Shown: positions 8,869-19,600 of the stretch, one piece after another
Position numbering within the stretch: position 1 is the stretch's first letter
How the letters are laid out: each line of letters opens with the position of its first letter
Assembly (NCBI GenBank): GCA_047616665.1
Contig: JBLHGY010000002.1
Coordinates: forward strand, 9,319-73,318
Origin: Polaribacter sp.
Lineage (GTDB): Bacteria > Bacteroidota > Bacteroidia > Flavobacteriales > Flavobacteriaceae
Length of the DNA: 64,000 nucleotides
Direction of reading: 5' to 3'
Translations under genes and position numbers: made by a program
Notes under the pieces: model-generated
What the model was told of the DNA's origin: nothing
The model's database searches: none
What the model saw: only the letters and a program-made list of their open reading frames with translations

Positions 8869-10200
8869 TTGAAAAATAAATTCATTCTATTTGTAGCACT
8901 ATGTTCTTCTGTTGCTGCTTTTTCACAAAAAACCTGGACATTAAAAGAGGCTGTTGATCAGGCATTAGTCAAAAATATTTCTATCCAACAAAATAAATTG
9001 AGCGTAAAGCTTGCAGAAAAAAATGTTGCCATTGCGAAAGGCAATTTTTTGCCAAATTTAAATGGAAGTTCAAGTGGTAATTACAATGTAGGTTTATCAC
9101 CAGACCAAACTGGTATTCTAACAAATACAAATAACTTTAACGGATCTCTTAATTTAAGTAGTAATGGTATAATTTTTAATGGTTTTAGAAATACAAATAC
9201 TTATAAGCAGGCTCAATTAGGTGTAGAAAGTAGTTTATATGACTTAAAAAAGATAGAAAATGATATTTCTTTAAGAGTTGTAAATACCTACTTAAATGTA
9301 TTGTTTGCTAAAGAAAATTTAGAGGTTGCAAGTGTACAAGCAGCCATAAGTAAAAAACAAATTGAGGCTGCAAAGGCTCGATTTGAAGCAGGTGCAATTG
9401 CAAAAGGAGAACTATTAAATTTTCAGTCTACCGCTGCAAATGACCTACAAAGTGTAATTTTACAAGAAAATGCATTGGACTTGGCATTGTTAAATATTGC
9501 ACAGTTACTGCAAGAACCTGTAAAAGGTTTTGATGTTGCACCCATAGAGGTGGAGACTCCTTCGGTTAATTTATTATATGATAACTCCACGGCTGTTTTT
9601 CAGAAATCTTTAGACTATATGCCAGAAATTGCAAACGCAAAGCTAGCGATTGAAAATGCAGATTTCAATATAGAAATTGCAAAGAGTGCTTTTTTGCCCA
9701 CATTAAGTTATAATTTGGGCGCAGGGACCTCTTATTTTCATCAATTTAACAACCTTTTCCCAGGACAGGCTAATAGTAGTTTTGGAACACAATTTTTTGA
9801 TCGTTTTCAATATGGGGCTGGAATTTCATTAAACATTCCAATTTTTAACAGATTTCAAACCAAGAACAGAGTTGCACAGTCTCTAATTAATAAAGAAGTT
9901 TCTGTAATGAGTTTAGAAAGTCAGAAATTGATATTAAAGCAAACAATAGAACAGGCGTTTTTAGATGTTAAATCTGGTTTAAAAACATTTCAAGCCGCAA
10001 CAATTTCTTTAGCGGCGCAAAAAGAAGCCTTTAAAAATGCGCAGGAAAGATACAATTACGGCACTATGACATTGTTTGATTTCGATCTGGTACGAACACG
10101 TTTGGTAAGCGCAGAAAGCGCTATGATTCGTTCTAAGTATGATTATGTTTTTAAAACAAAAGTGCTGCAGTTTTATTCTGGTGAATTAATTCTAGAATAA
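8869..10200 (+). CDS. TolC family outer membrane protein
   Basis: Signal peptide, WTLKEAV, FLPNL/FLPTL, LNIPIFN, two OEP repeats; TTG start. Confidence 0.9.
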   Translation: MKNKFILFVALCSSVAAFSQKTWTLKEAVDQALVKNISIQQNKLSVKLAEKNVAIAKGNFLPNLNGSSSGNYNVGLSPDQTGILTNTNNFNGSLNLSSNGIIFNGFRNTNTYKQAQLGVESSLYDLKKIENDISLRVVNTYLNVLFAKENLEVASVQAAISKKQIEAAKARFEAGAIAKGELLNFQSTAANDLQSVILQENALDLALLNIAQLLQEPVKGFDVAPIEVETPSVNLLYDNSTAVFQKSLDYMPEIANAKLAIENADFNIEIAKSAFLPTLSYNLGAGTSYFHQFNNLFPGQANSSFGTQFFDRFQYGAGISLNIPIFNRFQTKNRVAQSLINKEVSVMSLESQKLILKQTIEQAFLDVKSGLKTFQAATISLAAQKEAFKNAQERYNYGTMTLFDFDLVRTRLVSAESAMIRSKYDYVFKTKVLQFYSGELILE

Positions 10201-10221
10201 GTAATTAAAACTAATAAACAC

Positions 10222-10263
10222 AATACCTCACAGAATTAAACACTGTGAGGTATTTCTTTTTTT
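10222..10263 (+). terminator. Terminator hairpin of the CCTCACA/TGTGAGG type
   Basis: AATACCTCACAG...CTGTGAGGTATT followed by T-rich tail. Confidence 0.7.
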
Positions 10264-10293
10264 GAAATACTATCTTTGTAAAAAATACAACAA

Positions 10294-10980
10294 TTGGCAA
10301 TAATCCTTAACATAGAAACTTCAACTAAAAACTGCTCAGTAAGTATTGCAGATAGTGGTAAAATTATAGCTTTTAAAGAATTGAATAATGGTAATTATTC
10401 GCATGCAGAAGTTTTGCATCCTTTCATAGAAAGCATTCTAAAAGAAGGCAACATCTCTAAAGTTGAAATAGATGCAATAGCCGTAAGTAAAGGCCCTGGT
10501 TCTTACACAGGACTAAGAATTGGTGTTTCAGCGGCAAAAGGACTCTCTTTCGCTTTAAACAAACCTTTAATAGCAATTGATACGCTTACATCTCTTTCTT
10601 TTGCTATTGCTATTGATTGTGGGGTAATTGTGCCGATGTTAGACGCAAGAAGAATGGAAGTTTATGCAGCTATTTTTGACAAGCAGCACAAAAAAATAAG
10701 AGAAATTAAAGCGGAAATTATAGATGAAACTTCTTTTTCTGATGCGTTAGATAGAGGTAAAGTTTATTTTTTAGGAGATGGTGCTCATAAATGCAAAGAA
10801 ATAATTACCCATAAAAACGCTATTTTTATAGATGATAAGTTTCCTTCCTCAAAGGAAATGGCAATATTATCTTATGATAAATATAAAAAAGGAGCTATTG
10901 AAAATCTTGCTTACTTCGAACCTTTTTATTTAAAAGACTTTATAGTAATTCCTGAAAAAAAGAAGAAGCCTACATTTTAA
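10294..10980 (+). CDS. tsaB: tRNA threonylcarbamoyladenosine biosynthesis protein TsaB
   Basis: ILNIETST, GPGSYTGLRIG, DARRMEVY, EPFYLK. Confidence 0.93.
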   Translation: MAIILNIETSTKNCSVSIADSGKIIAFKELNNGNYSHAEVLHPFIESILKEGNISKVEIDAIAVSKGPGSYTGLRIGVSAAKGLSFALNKPLIAIDTLTSLSFAIAIDCGVIVPMLDARRMEVYAAIFDKQHKKIREIKAEIIDETSFSDALDRGKVYFLGDGAHKCKEIITHKNAIFIDDKFPSSKEMAILSYDKYKKGAIENLAYFEPFYLKDFIVIPEKKKKPTF

Positions 10981-11282
10981 TTTTTACTTGATAAAGATAT
11001 TAGATCATTAGAAATCGTAGGGTTTAATTATTAGGCGCACCGTTGGCTCTTTTTCTTATATTAAAGAAGGGTAACGAATTCCTAAAAAATGCTTGATTTG
11101 TGCTATAACAGAGAATTCGTTATATAATTTTTTTATTATCAATAATACTTTTTAGTAGATTAGTGAGCATATCTACTGGTTTCTGTAAAAAACGCAATGT
11201 TAATTTAATGTTATGCTAATGTTTGTAAATTGTTATAAAAAGCATATATTTGATAAAGGAACACAATCAAAAAAAGCAAATT

Positions 11283-11633
11283 ATGAAAAAAATACTTACA
11301 ATTGCAATGTTTTGCATTGCAGCGATAGGATACTCTCAAGATATAACACCAACTTATGAAGCGGAAGGGGAGCTTGTGAAGGCTACTTATTATCATGAAG
11401 ATGGTACTATTAGTAAAGAAGGGTATTTTAAAAACAAGAAATTAACAGGCAAGTGGACTCGTTTTGACAAACAAGGGAATAAAGTGCAATTGGCTTTTTA
11501 TAAAGACGGTAAAAAAACTGGAAAATGGTTTTTTTGGAATGAAGGTTCTTTACAAGAAGTTACCTATGTGAACAACTCAGTTAAAAGTGTTAATGTTTGG
11601 ACATCGGAATCCAAATTAGCTTTTAATAGATAA
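11283..11633 (+). CDS. Secreted MORN-variant repeat (YwqK-like) protein
   Basis: Signal peptide MKKILTIAMF; repeats G.F.N.KLTGKW / YKDGKKTGKW; ATG 11283 preferred. Confidence 0.75.
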   Translation: MKKILTIAMFCIAAIGYSQDITPTYEAEGELVKATYYHEDGTISKEGYFKNKKLTGKWTRFDKQGNKVQLAFYKDGKKTGKWFFWNEGSLQEVTYVNNSVKSVNVWTSESKLAFNR

Positions 11634-11651
11634 AGATCAAATAGCTTTAAT

Positions 11652-11690
11652 AAAAAAATCCAAAGTAAATTTTACTTTGGATTTTTTTTT
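11652..11690. terminator. Terminator, probably bidirectional
   Basis: A-run, TCCAAAGTAA/TTACTTTGGA, T-run. Confidence 0.75.
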
Positions 11691-12077
11691 ACTCTTTAAC
11701 ACTAAGCAATAGAGAAAGTATTTGTTTTTAATTACTTTAAGGAATTACAATAGGTTACAATCTTCACTTAAATCACCTGTTTTTTATGGGCTTAAAAGCT
11801 CGTTTAACACCCTACTTTTTATCCTTTTTTCTTGTTCTTAAGTATTTTTTTATTTCCTTCTTTACTAAAATTAAGGATACATATCCTATACTCAGATTGT
11901 CTAACATAATTATCCGTGTAAAGTATTAAATTTTACAACGCTGTAAGAAGAAATTTATTTATGAGATGTAGACGAGTATTAAGAGTTGTAATCTTTAGCT
12001 CTGTGACCTCATAATATATATGGAATACATCAAATAATAAGCTATAATGAGGTGTTGTAACTAGAATTCTTTTAAAC

Positions 12078-12111
12078 AAAAAAAACGCTTAGAGGGTATT
12101 CTAAGCGTTTT
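12078..12111 (-). terminator. Terminator for tonB/vanZ/gcvH transcript
   Basis: AAAACGCTTAGA...TCTAAGCGTTTT preceded by an A-run. Confidence 0.7.
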
Positions 12112-12131
12112 AAAAATATTTTATGATATTG

Positions 12132-12851
12132 TTATTCTACTAATAAAGAAAACGGGATATTATAACTAACACCTACTGGTTTCCCTCTTTGTTTACCTGG
12201 TTTCATTTTAGGTAACATTTTCATTACTTTAATAACCTCTGATTTAATTCTCGGGTGCGGTGCTCTTGCTTGAATGTTAACAATATAACCTTGTCTATCA
12301 ATTTTAAAACCAATAAAGACTCTTTTCTTACCTGGAGATAATCCCAATTCATTTGGTAAATCTGCATCAAACTTTCTAGAAAAGTGTTTTTGTACCATTC
12401 GACTAAAACAGTCTTTTAATTCTTTTTTAGAACCTTTACATCCTGGAAATACAGGTGCATCTTCAATAATCATGAAGTTTACATCTTCAATAATCTCTTC
12501 TCCTTCTTCAATTTCTACAATTTCCTCAACTTCTACAGCTTCATTTTCATCTGTTTCAGTAGACTCTATTACAGTTTCTTCTACTTCCTTTTCATCTTCT
12601 ACTACTTCTATCTTTTCAGGTGCTGGTGGTGGTGGTGTTTTAGGTTTTACTGGTTCTACTCTTTCAGTAATAGGAATATCCTCGTCCATCATTGCATTCA
12701 TATTTGCAATACCTAAACTACTTGTGGTTTTGTCGTACGTTTTCTTTTCAATTGCAGCGTAAGTTACAAACAGGGCTAATACAAGACCAATTTGCATAAA
12801 TATTTTACTGTAATTTTCTAAATTCGATTTAGGGTTCTTCTTTATTTCCAT
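12132..12851 (-). CDS. tonB: Energy transducer TonB
   Basis: TM anchor, PPPPAPE plus Glu-rich linker, PGKQRGKPVGVSY. Confidence 0.9.
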   Translation of the reverse strand: MEIKKNPKSNLENYSKIFMQIGLVLALFVTYAAIEKKTYDKTTSSLGIANMNAMMDEDIPITERVEPVKPKTPPPPAPEKIEVVEDEKEVEETVIESTETDENEAVEVEEIVEIEEGEEIIEDVNFMIIEDAPVFPGCKGSKKELKDCFSRMVQKHFSRKFDADLPNELGLSPGKKRVFIGFKIDRQGYIVNIQARAPHPRIKSEVIKVMKMLPKMKPGKQRGKPVGVSYNIPFSLLVE

Positions 12852-12926
12852 TGGATAAAATTTTTTTATAGTTTGCTAATTTAGCTAAATTATTGTGTTA
12901 ATTACAAATCTTTTCATTTTTTAACT

Positions 12927-13292
12927 TCAATTTTTTTTACTAAACTTATTGAAGACAAATAAACCTAATAAAACACCAATAGCGTTTGCAATAACATCAT
13001 AGAAATCTCCTGTTCTGTATGATGTTAGTGTGTTTTGTGAAATTTCAATAATTACACCTAATAAAATACAGCAAACTACTACTAGCCGTTTTTTCTTCTT
13101 TTTATAGAAGACAATTAACCAAGAGATACTTAATACAAAATAGGCAAAGCAATGTTGCCATTTATCTAGATGTGTAACACTTACTTTATATTCAGGTACC
13201 TTTATTAGGCTTAAAATCACAAGACTAATGGTTATGGTTATTGCGATTAAAAATATTTTACCCTTTAACCAGGCTTTCATAAGCTGCAGCAT
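12927..13292 (-). CDS. VanZ family membrane protein
   Basis: [25 protein letters not shown]; true start probably ATG 13280. Confidence 0.85.
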   Translation of the reverse strand: MLQLMKAWLKGKIFLIAITITISLVILSLIKVPEYKVSVTHLDKWQHCFAYFVLSISWLIVFYKKKKKRLVVVCCILLGVIIEISQNTLTSYRTGDFYDVIANAIGVLLGLFVFNKFSKKN

Positions 13293-13638
13293 CTAATAAA
13301 TCTTCTAGTTGTGAGTTGTCAGTAAATTCAATTTTTATCATCCATCCTTTATTATAAGGGTCTGAGTTCACCAATTCTGGATCATCTTCTAAGGCGTTAT
13401 TAAATTCAATAACTTCTCCTGTTAAGGGCATAAACAAGTCAGATACTGTTTTTACAGCCTCTACAGAACCAAAAACTTCACCTTCAGCTATAGTGTCATC
13501 TAAGGTGTCTACATCTACATAAACAATGTCTCCTAATTCTCCTTGTGCAAAATCTGTAATTCCTATGGTTGCAATAGTACCTTCTATCTGAATCCACTCG
13601 TGATCTTTAGTATACTTTAATTCTGATGGGATATTCAT
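13258..13638 (-). CDS. gcvH: Glycine cleavage system H protein
   Basis: [22 protein letters not shown] (lipoyl Lys), NSDPYNKGW. Confidence 0.95.
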   Translation of the reverse strand: MNIPSELKYTKDHEWIQIEGTIATIGITDFAQGELGDIVYVDVDTLDDTIAEGEVFGSVEAVKTVSDLFMPLTGEVIEFNNALEDDPELVNSDPYNKGWMIKIEFTDNSQLEDLLDAAAYESLVKG

Positions 13639-13664
13639 TTTGATAAATTTATTTTGTTAATTAT

Positions 13665-16600
13665 TTAATTACCGCCTAAATTATAGATAATATTAAATCC
13701 GCCATTTATGGCTTGTCTAGGGAAAGTTGTAGAGATCGCATATTTAGATGTTTGATGATTGTAATAAAAAGATGCTGTTAAACTACTACTCAATCTATAA
13801 TCGGCTGTAAATTTAATAGAAAATAATCTTTGGCCACCACTAATTTGGTTATTATCTTCATCTACAGACCTAATTTGTGTTAAATTATCTCTTAAAGAAA
13901 CATCTGCTCTTAAATTAACATCTCCTTTTAAGGTTTGTTTTTTACCTGTAAAGCGTGTATTTACTTTTACATCCTTAAAAACATACCCCATTCCAAGAAT
14001 ATATTCTGTACCTTTTATATCTGTTAAAGTACTATTATTAAAATTCATAGTAAGTGTTCTGTCACTTTTTACCTCACCTCTTAGAGAAAATGAATTACGC
14101 ATTTTCATGTCAAGTTTAATTAAAGGAGAAAATTCATCTACCAATGTAGCTGCAGAAACTAATAATTGAGATTCATAGTTCCCCGCAGAGTTCCTATTTG
14201 AAAATGCATTATCATTATCATATTGTAAATTATTGGTAAAACTAGAGACCGTATATGAAGATTTATAACCATGAGAAATAACAAAGCTGCTAAAGTTTCT
14301 TTTAAAGAAACCTAATTTCATGAATCCAGAATAACGTAAAGTCCAATTTGGTATTGGTATATTTCTAAATAAACCTGTATTTATTTTATCGGGATTAGAG
14401 CCAGAATACGCAGCCATAAATGCGGGTAGCAATACTTGCTGGCTGTTACTGCCAAAACCATCAATTGGTGCACCGGTTTCTTTAGCCAGCCTGTTTGCTA
14501 TGATGCTTCTATACGCTTTCATTGTTTGAAATAAAGCATCTCCATCAGTAAATGCTGTTGCAATCATTGCATGACTGGTACTAAAATTTCCTGTCTCAAA
14601 AGCTGGTGCGCTAAAATCTAAAGCACCCGTAGAGGATCCATTTTCTACAACATCTAGTTGTTGGGATAAATCTCTAGTTTTAATTTGATTCCCTCGAATA
14701 TCAATGTTTAAATCTTTAATAGGTTTTAATGTGAATGTATAATCTAATTTATTATACTGTGTTCTGCTATATGTTTTGTTGTAGTACTCGCTATTATTAG
14801 GGTCTCTAGGACCTACGAGCCAACCATTTTGTAAAGCGGTGTTTCTAATATCTACTTGACTACCAAAAGCAAATGAAGTTGGTGCACCCCCTAGAAAGCC
14901 AATATCTTGTGTGTAACCCGGTAGATATTGTCCGTTATTTTCGGAATAACTTACTTTACCCTGTTTTACAGAAGTGGCAACCGTGTACAAACCTTTTAAA
15001 ATTTTCTTTGCAAGGGGTATTTTATTTCCAAGGTATCCAATTCTACGATGTTCTCTTTTGTAATTGTTTTGCAATGCATCTAAGTTGTCCTTTCTTTTAA
15101 TTTCTAGGGTTTTTATTTTTTTAGTAGCTGTTAAAATTTCAGTTGAAAGTTGCGCTCTTTTTTGCAGTATACTTGTTTTTTCTTCTGGAGATAATTTTTC
15201 ATCGAGTTCTTTATCTAAGGTTGCAATTACTTTTTCTATGCTTTTAATTTTTTCTTTTTGAGCTTGTAAAGTTTCTTTAAAACCTTTTAAAACCTTTGCT
15301 ATTTTTCTTTCTTTTTTCTTTAGATAAAATGGTTTGTTAAATCTTTTGATTTGTTTTACCATTTTTAATGTATCCGTTAAACGCTCTCTTTTCGTTTTTG
15401 CCCATTTTTCAAATCCTAAACTCTTGTAAAATTTTTCAAATGAAAACGTAGTATTTAAATTATGGGTATTTGCATTCTGAATAACATTACCTACTAAATC
15501 GACATACGCAACATCCGTTCCGTTAATATCAATTGTGCTTTGCGCTGCCGCTTGCCAATCAAAATCTGCAGTATAGGCATAATCTGCTTTTATCCAGCTT
15601 AAAAAAGGAATTTTTGCTAGTGGTAATTGATAGGTACCATTTAGTTTCTGATGGTAATGATTTGCTCTTCCTGTATTAAAAAATTCATCGAAAATTTGAA
15701 TGTCATCGTTAGAGCCAAACGTATCATAAATATAACTATTGGTGGCATTAAAATTAAATTGAAGCGATTTTGTTAAATCGAAGCCAACGGTATAATCCCA
15801 ATCAAATAAAAATCTACGTTGTTTTAATGCTGGTTGAGCAGATAAACCCTCCACTAAATTTCTAGATTGTTGTTCTGTAAAGTTTCTATTGATTCTAGAG
15901 TTTACAGCAACAGTAGACGGAATAGGATTAAAGTTAAAGTCTTTTATTAGCTTTAAATATTTACTATTTAAAAATCCAATATTTTTAAAAGGCTCTAATG
16001 ATTTTCCTTGAAAGTTATAATTGTAGTTTGCTCCGGCAGTGGCAGTTTCATTACTGTATTTTTTTATATTATAGTCTCTGTGAAATTCTTTGTTGTGCGC
16101 ATAAGAAACAGATAGGTTTTCTACATTATAAAATTTTGGTTTTTTCGTTGAATTTGGGTTTCTGTTCTTTTTTACATTTATAAAACTGATGCTCGTTCTT
16201 TTGGTATAATCTCTAGAAAATTCACTATTTGGATTTTGGTCTATCGCATCTTCTAAAGTAACATCTTGGTATTGAGGATCAAATTTTGGATCTATAAAAG
16301 TTTCACCAATACTATAACTCATCGGCAATTGTATGCCCCATTTCTTAGGCGTTAGTACTTTACCTAGGTTAATAGTAGTTGCAATGTCATATTGCTTGGT
16401 CTCGTCCAAGCTACGTTGGTTTATCCTATCTTCTACGTTACCAAAACCTACGGTAGACATACTTCCGGCTAGAGATACATTCGCAACATCTGCAAAATTT
16501 GCATCGGCATTTAAGACAGCAGCCCAACCTCCTTTATTGTCAAAACCAGCAGAACGCAATTCATTAAACCAAACTTCTGCACTTCTATTATTTAAAGTAG

Positions 16601-19600
16601 TGTTTTTAATTCCTAGCATAATTGTTCTTAATTGTGCTAAAGTTGGGTTTCCTTTTACGCTAAGCTTATAAGGTGTGCCTTCGTCTTGTTCTTGAGATGG
16701 AAAAATTCCTGAGACCGGAAAGTTAGCGCGATTTCTTTCTAATTTTATTTTACCAAAATTTTCTAAAAAGGCATCTAAATTATTAGCTTCTGGCCAAAGA
16801 TCTAAGGCAGATGTTCCGGCATTAGATACTGTAAGCGGAATTTCAATTTGATAAAAATTCTCATTTAAATCTGTACCTAATCTTATAATTGCAGAGATAT
16901 CCCCGTCATTTAAAATAGAATTTTTAATATCTTGTTGCAAGTGCATAAACATTTTTAATTGTTTAAAACGTCTTAAATCGATACTAATATTTTTATAAAT
17001 TGCTCTTATTTCGTTGGGTTTTAATTGGTTTACTTTTAAGGTTACAGATTGTTCATTTTGTAATTGTACCGTAGTACTTCCTTGTAAACGTTCTCTTTCA
17101 ATTCCTGGCGGCTGTGTGTAACTTCCCTCATTTTGCTCTATGCTTACAACACCAACTTCAAAAGCATTTAATTCTTCCTGTGTTAATTCTCTGTCTGTAT
17201 TTGTATTTGGGTCTAAGGTTCTAACATAGCGCCTCCAGTCTCCACGAACTAAATCTAATTCACCAAAACGAATTACAATAGGCATTTTAAAGTTCGTTAA
17301 AAACATTCTGATAAAACGAATACTATTAAAATCTGAAATTCCGTTTATTGGGGTTCCGCTTCGTACAGGTACCCTAAATTGATACCATTTTGTTTCTTGA
17401 GTACTTCCGTTATCTAAAGTAACGGTAGTTGTTTTTTCATCAACAACATACCCAACTCCTTTCTTTAAATCTGCTTGATTCATAGAAACCTTGTACTCAA
17501 AATAACTTTCTACAGTATTCATTGTTTGGTCTCTGTTAATGTCTTCTGTATCTGGATAGGATGTAGATGAAGTTGGATAGGATTCTGTACTTTGATTTAA
17601 TGTTTGTGAGTTTCCTTGCGTATTATTATAATCTTTATATCTCGTTATTAAAGATGCATTTATTGCATCTAAATTAGCGCCTCTAAAAAATTGAAAATTA
17701 TCTGCTGCAGGGTCAATTAAGCCTGAATACTGACCAATATTATCAAGTTGTTTTTCTTCAACATCCTTTAAACCGTCAAAACCAAGATCTTGATTTGCAC
17801 GCGCAGCATCTTGCTCATTAAAGGCATAAATAATCGAAGGATTTCTAGGAACATCTCCCCAGATAGTGGAGTTTACATTGTTTTCATCTACTTTTAAACC
17901 GTCTTCGGGCAAACCGTTTTCGTACATTTTACGGTTGTCCTTTAAAATATCTTCAGAAATATTACCTAAGTTAATGTATAAATCTCCAATTTGATTTGTA
18001 ATATTATTAGGGTCTATTCCTTCTGGCAAACCTTCTGCTGTGGTTAAAGAGTAATTTTGGTATGGATCCATAATCCAAAATTGCATGTATTCTACATTTG
18101 CTTGGTCAAAATTATTAGTGGTTAGCGGACGCATAATTCCACCCCAATTCTCTTGAGGTTTTAGAAGTGTAACTTTTTCGGTAGCAACGTCTATGCTTGC
18201 TTCATTAGGGTCTTGATTAAAATTATAAGAACCTCTTTCTTGAGGGAAATAGGCTAAATCTAAAGTTCTAACTAAAGAATTTTGTGTAATATCTAGTTGA
18301 ACATTAGGAAATAATTCTCTATAATTAATTTGTCTTGTTTCTGCCCTAGAGAGTTCATTTGCATCTACGCTTGAAGGTGTATTTCCTGCACCATAAAATA
18401 TTTGATCTACACGATACCAAGCTAGTTTTCCTCTTTTGTAATTGTAAGATAAGTCATCACTTTCACCATTTAAATTTGGAAAGTATTTTGGTGTACTTGC
18501 TTCATACCAATCTAATGCAGATAAAAGGCTAATAGGTATTTGAGAAGCTTCAAAATCATCTATGTAAGAAGTTGCAGCTCCAGTAACGTCTATTCCACTT
18601 GGTGATCCAGGTATTAAATAAGCAATATCTCCTCTTAAAGATAAATTAGAGGCTACATCTGTATCTACAAAAGGCAGTTTATTTGCCAACTTTGTAAAAA
18701 ACGGAATTTCCGAAGAATAATCAAAATTAAAACCTAACATCGTATTATTTATAGGCTCTGCACCAAAATTAACTTTAGGTGTTAAAGGTCTTTCTTCGAT
18801 ATTTAAATAGGTTGCCCCCACAATTAACTCGTCAGAGAATTTATGCTCTACATCAATACCAAAAAATGTCTTTCTTTGTTGATTAAAAACCGCATTATTT
18901 TCTGTAGAAATACTAATAGGCACGCCAGATGCGCTCAAACCAGGGTCTATTATTTGAACTCTTCCTAATTGATAATCTACTACATAATCTACTCCTTCTA
19001 CCAACTGTCTTCCGCCGGCAGAAACTCTTACAGAACCTCTTGGTACATTAAATGCACCAATAGGAATTCCACCAGAATTTTCTGATTTAAAATATCCTTT
19101 TAAGAAGTACTTGTCTTTACTCTGAAAATTGTTTTTTATATTAATTTTTGTATTTAAATATAATTCTTTAAACAAGTACGTTGCGTCTAAAGGATTTGTT
19201 AAGGCATCTTCTAAATCATTTCCAAAAGGTTCTGGTTCAGGAAAAAATATAAAGCCATTTTCTGAGTTTACCGTAACTCCTTCTACATAATCGAAATAAC
19301 CATCAGCTGTTCTAAACTGACTTTGATCTAACTGGTCTAAATTTAAAACCTGTAATAAAGGGAGGTTAGAGATACCGGTGGTTTGGGCATTTTGTAAAAC
19401 ATTAGAAGGGATTCCTGTTTGGTCATCTCTATATTGAATTTCAAATCGAAAGCCGTCTTGTGTTAGTGGGAAAGCACCTAAAGCATACACATTTTTCATC
19501 ATTAAACGCCATGTTGGAAAAGACTCATCTAAACCGGTAGTGCTATTTGGACGTTTGGTTTGTAAAATTTCTGAGCGTAATAATTTTACAGCCAAATTAT

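Noticed and set aside
11690-12075. ~390-bp non-coding gap as a possible ncRNA or pseudogene
   Set aside because: No ORF, stable structure or recognisable relic found between the two terminators.
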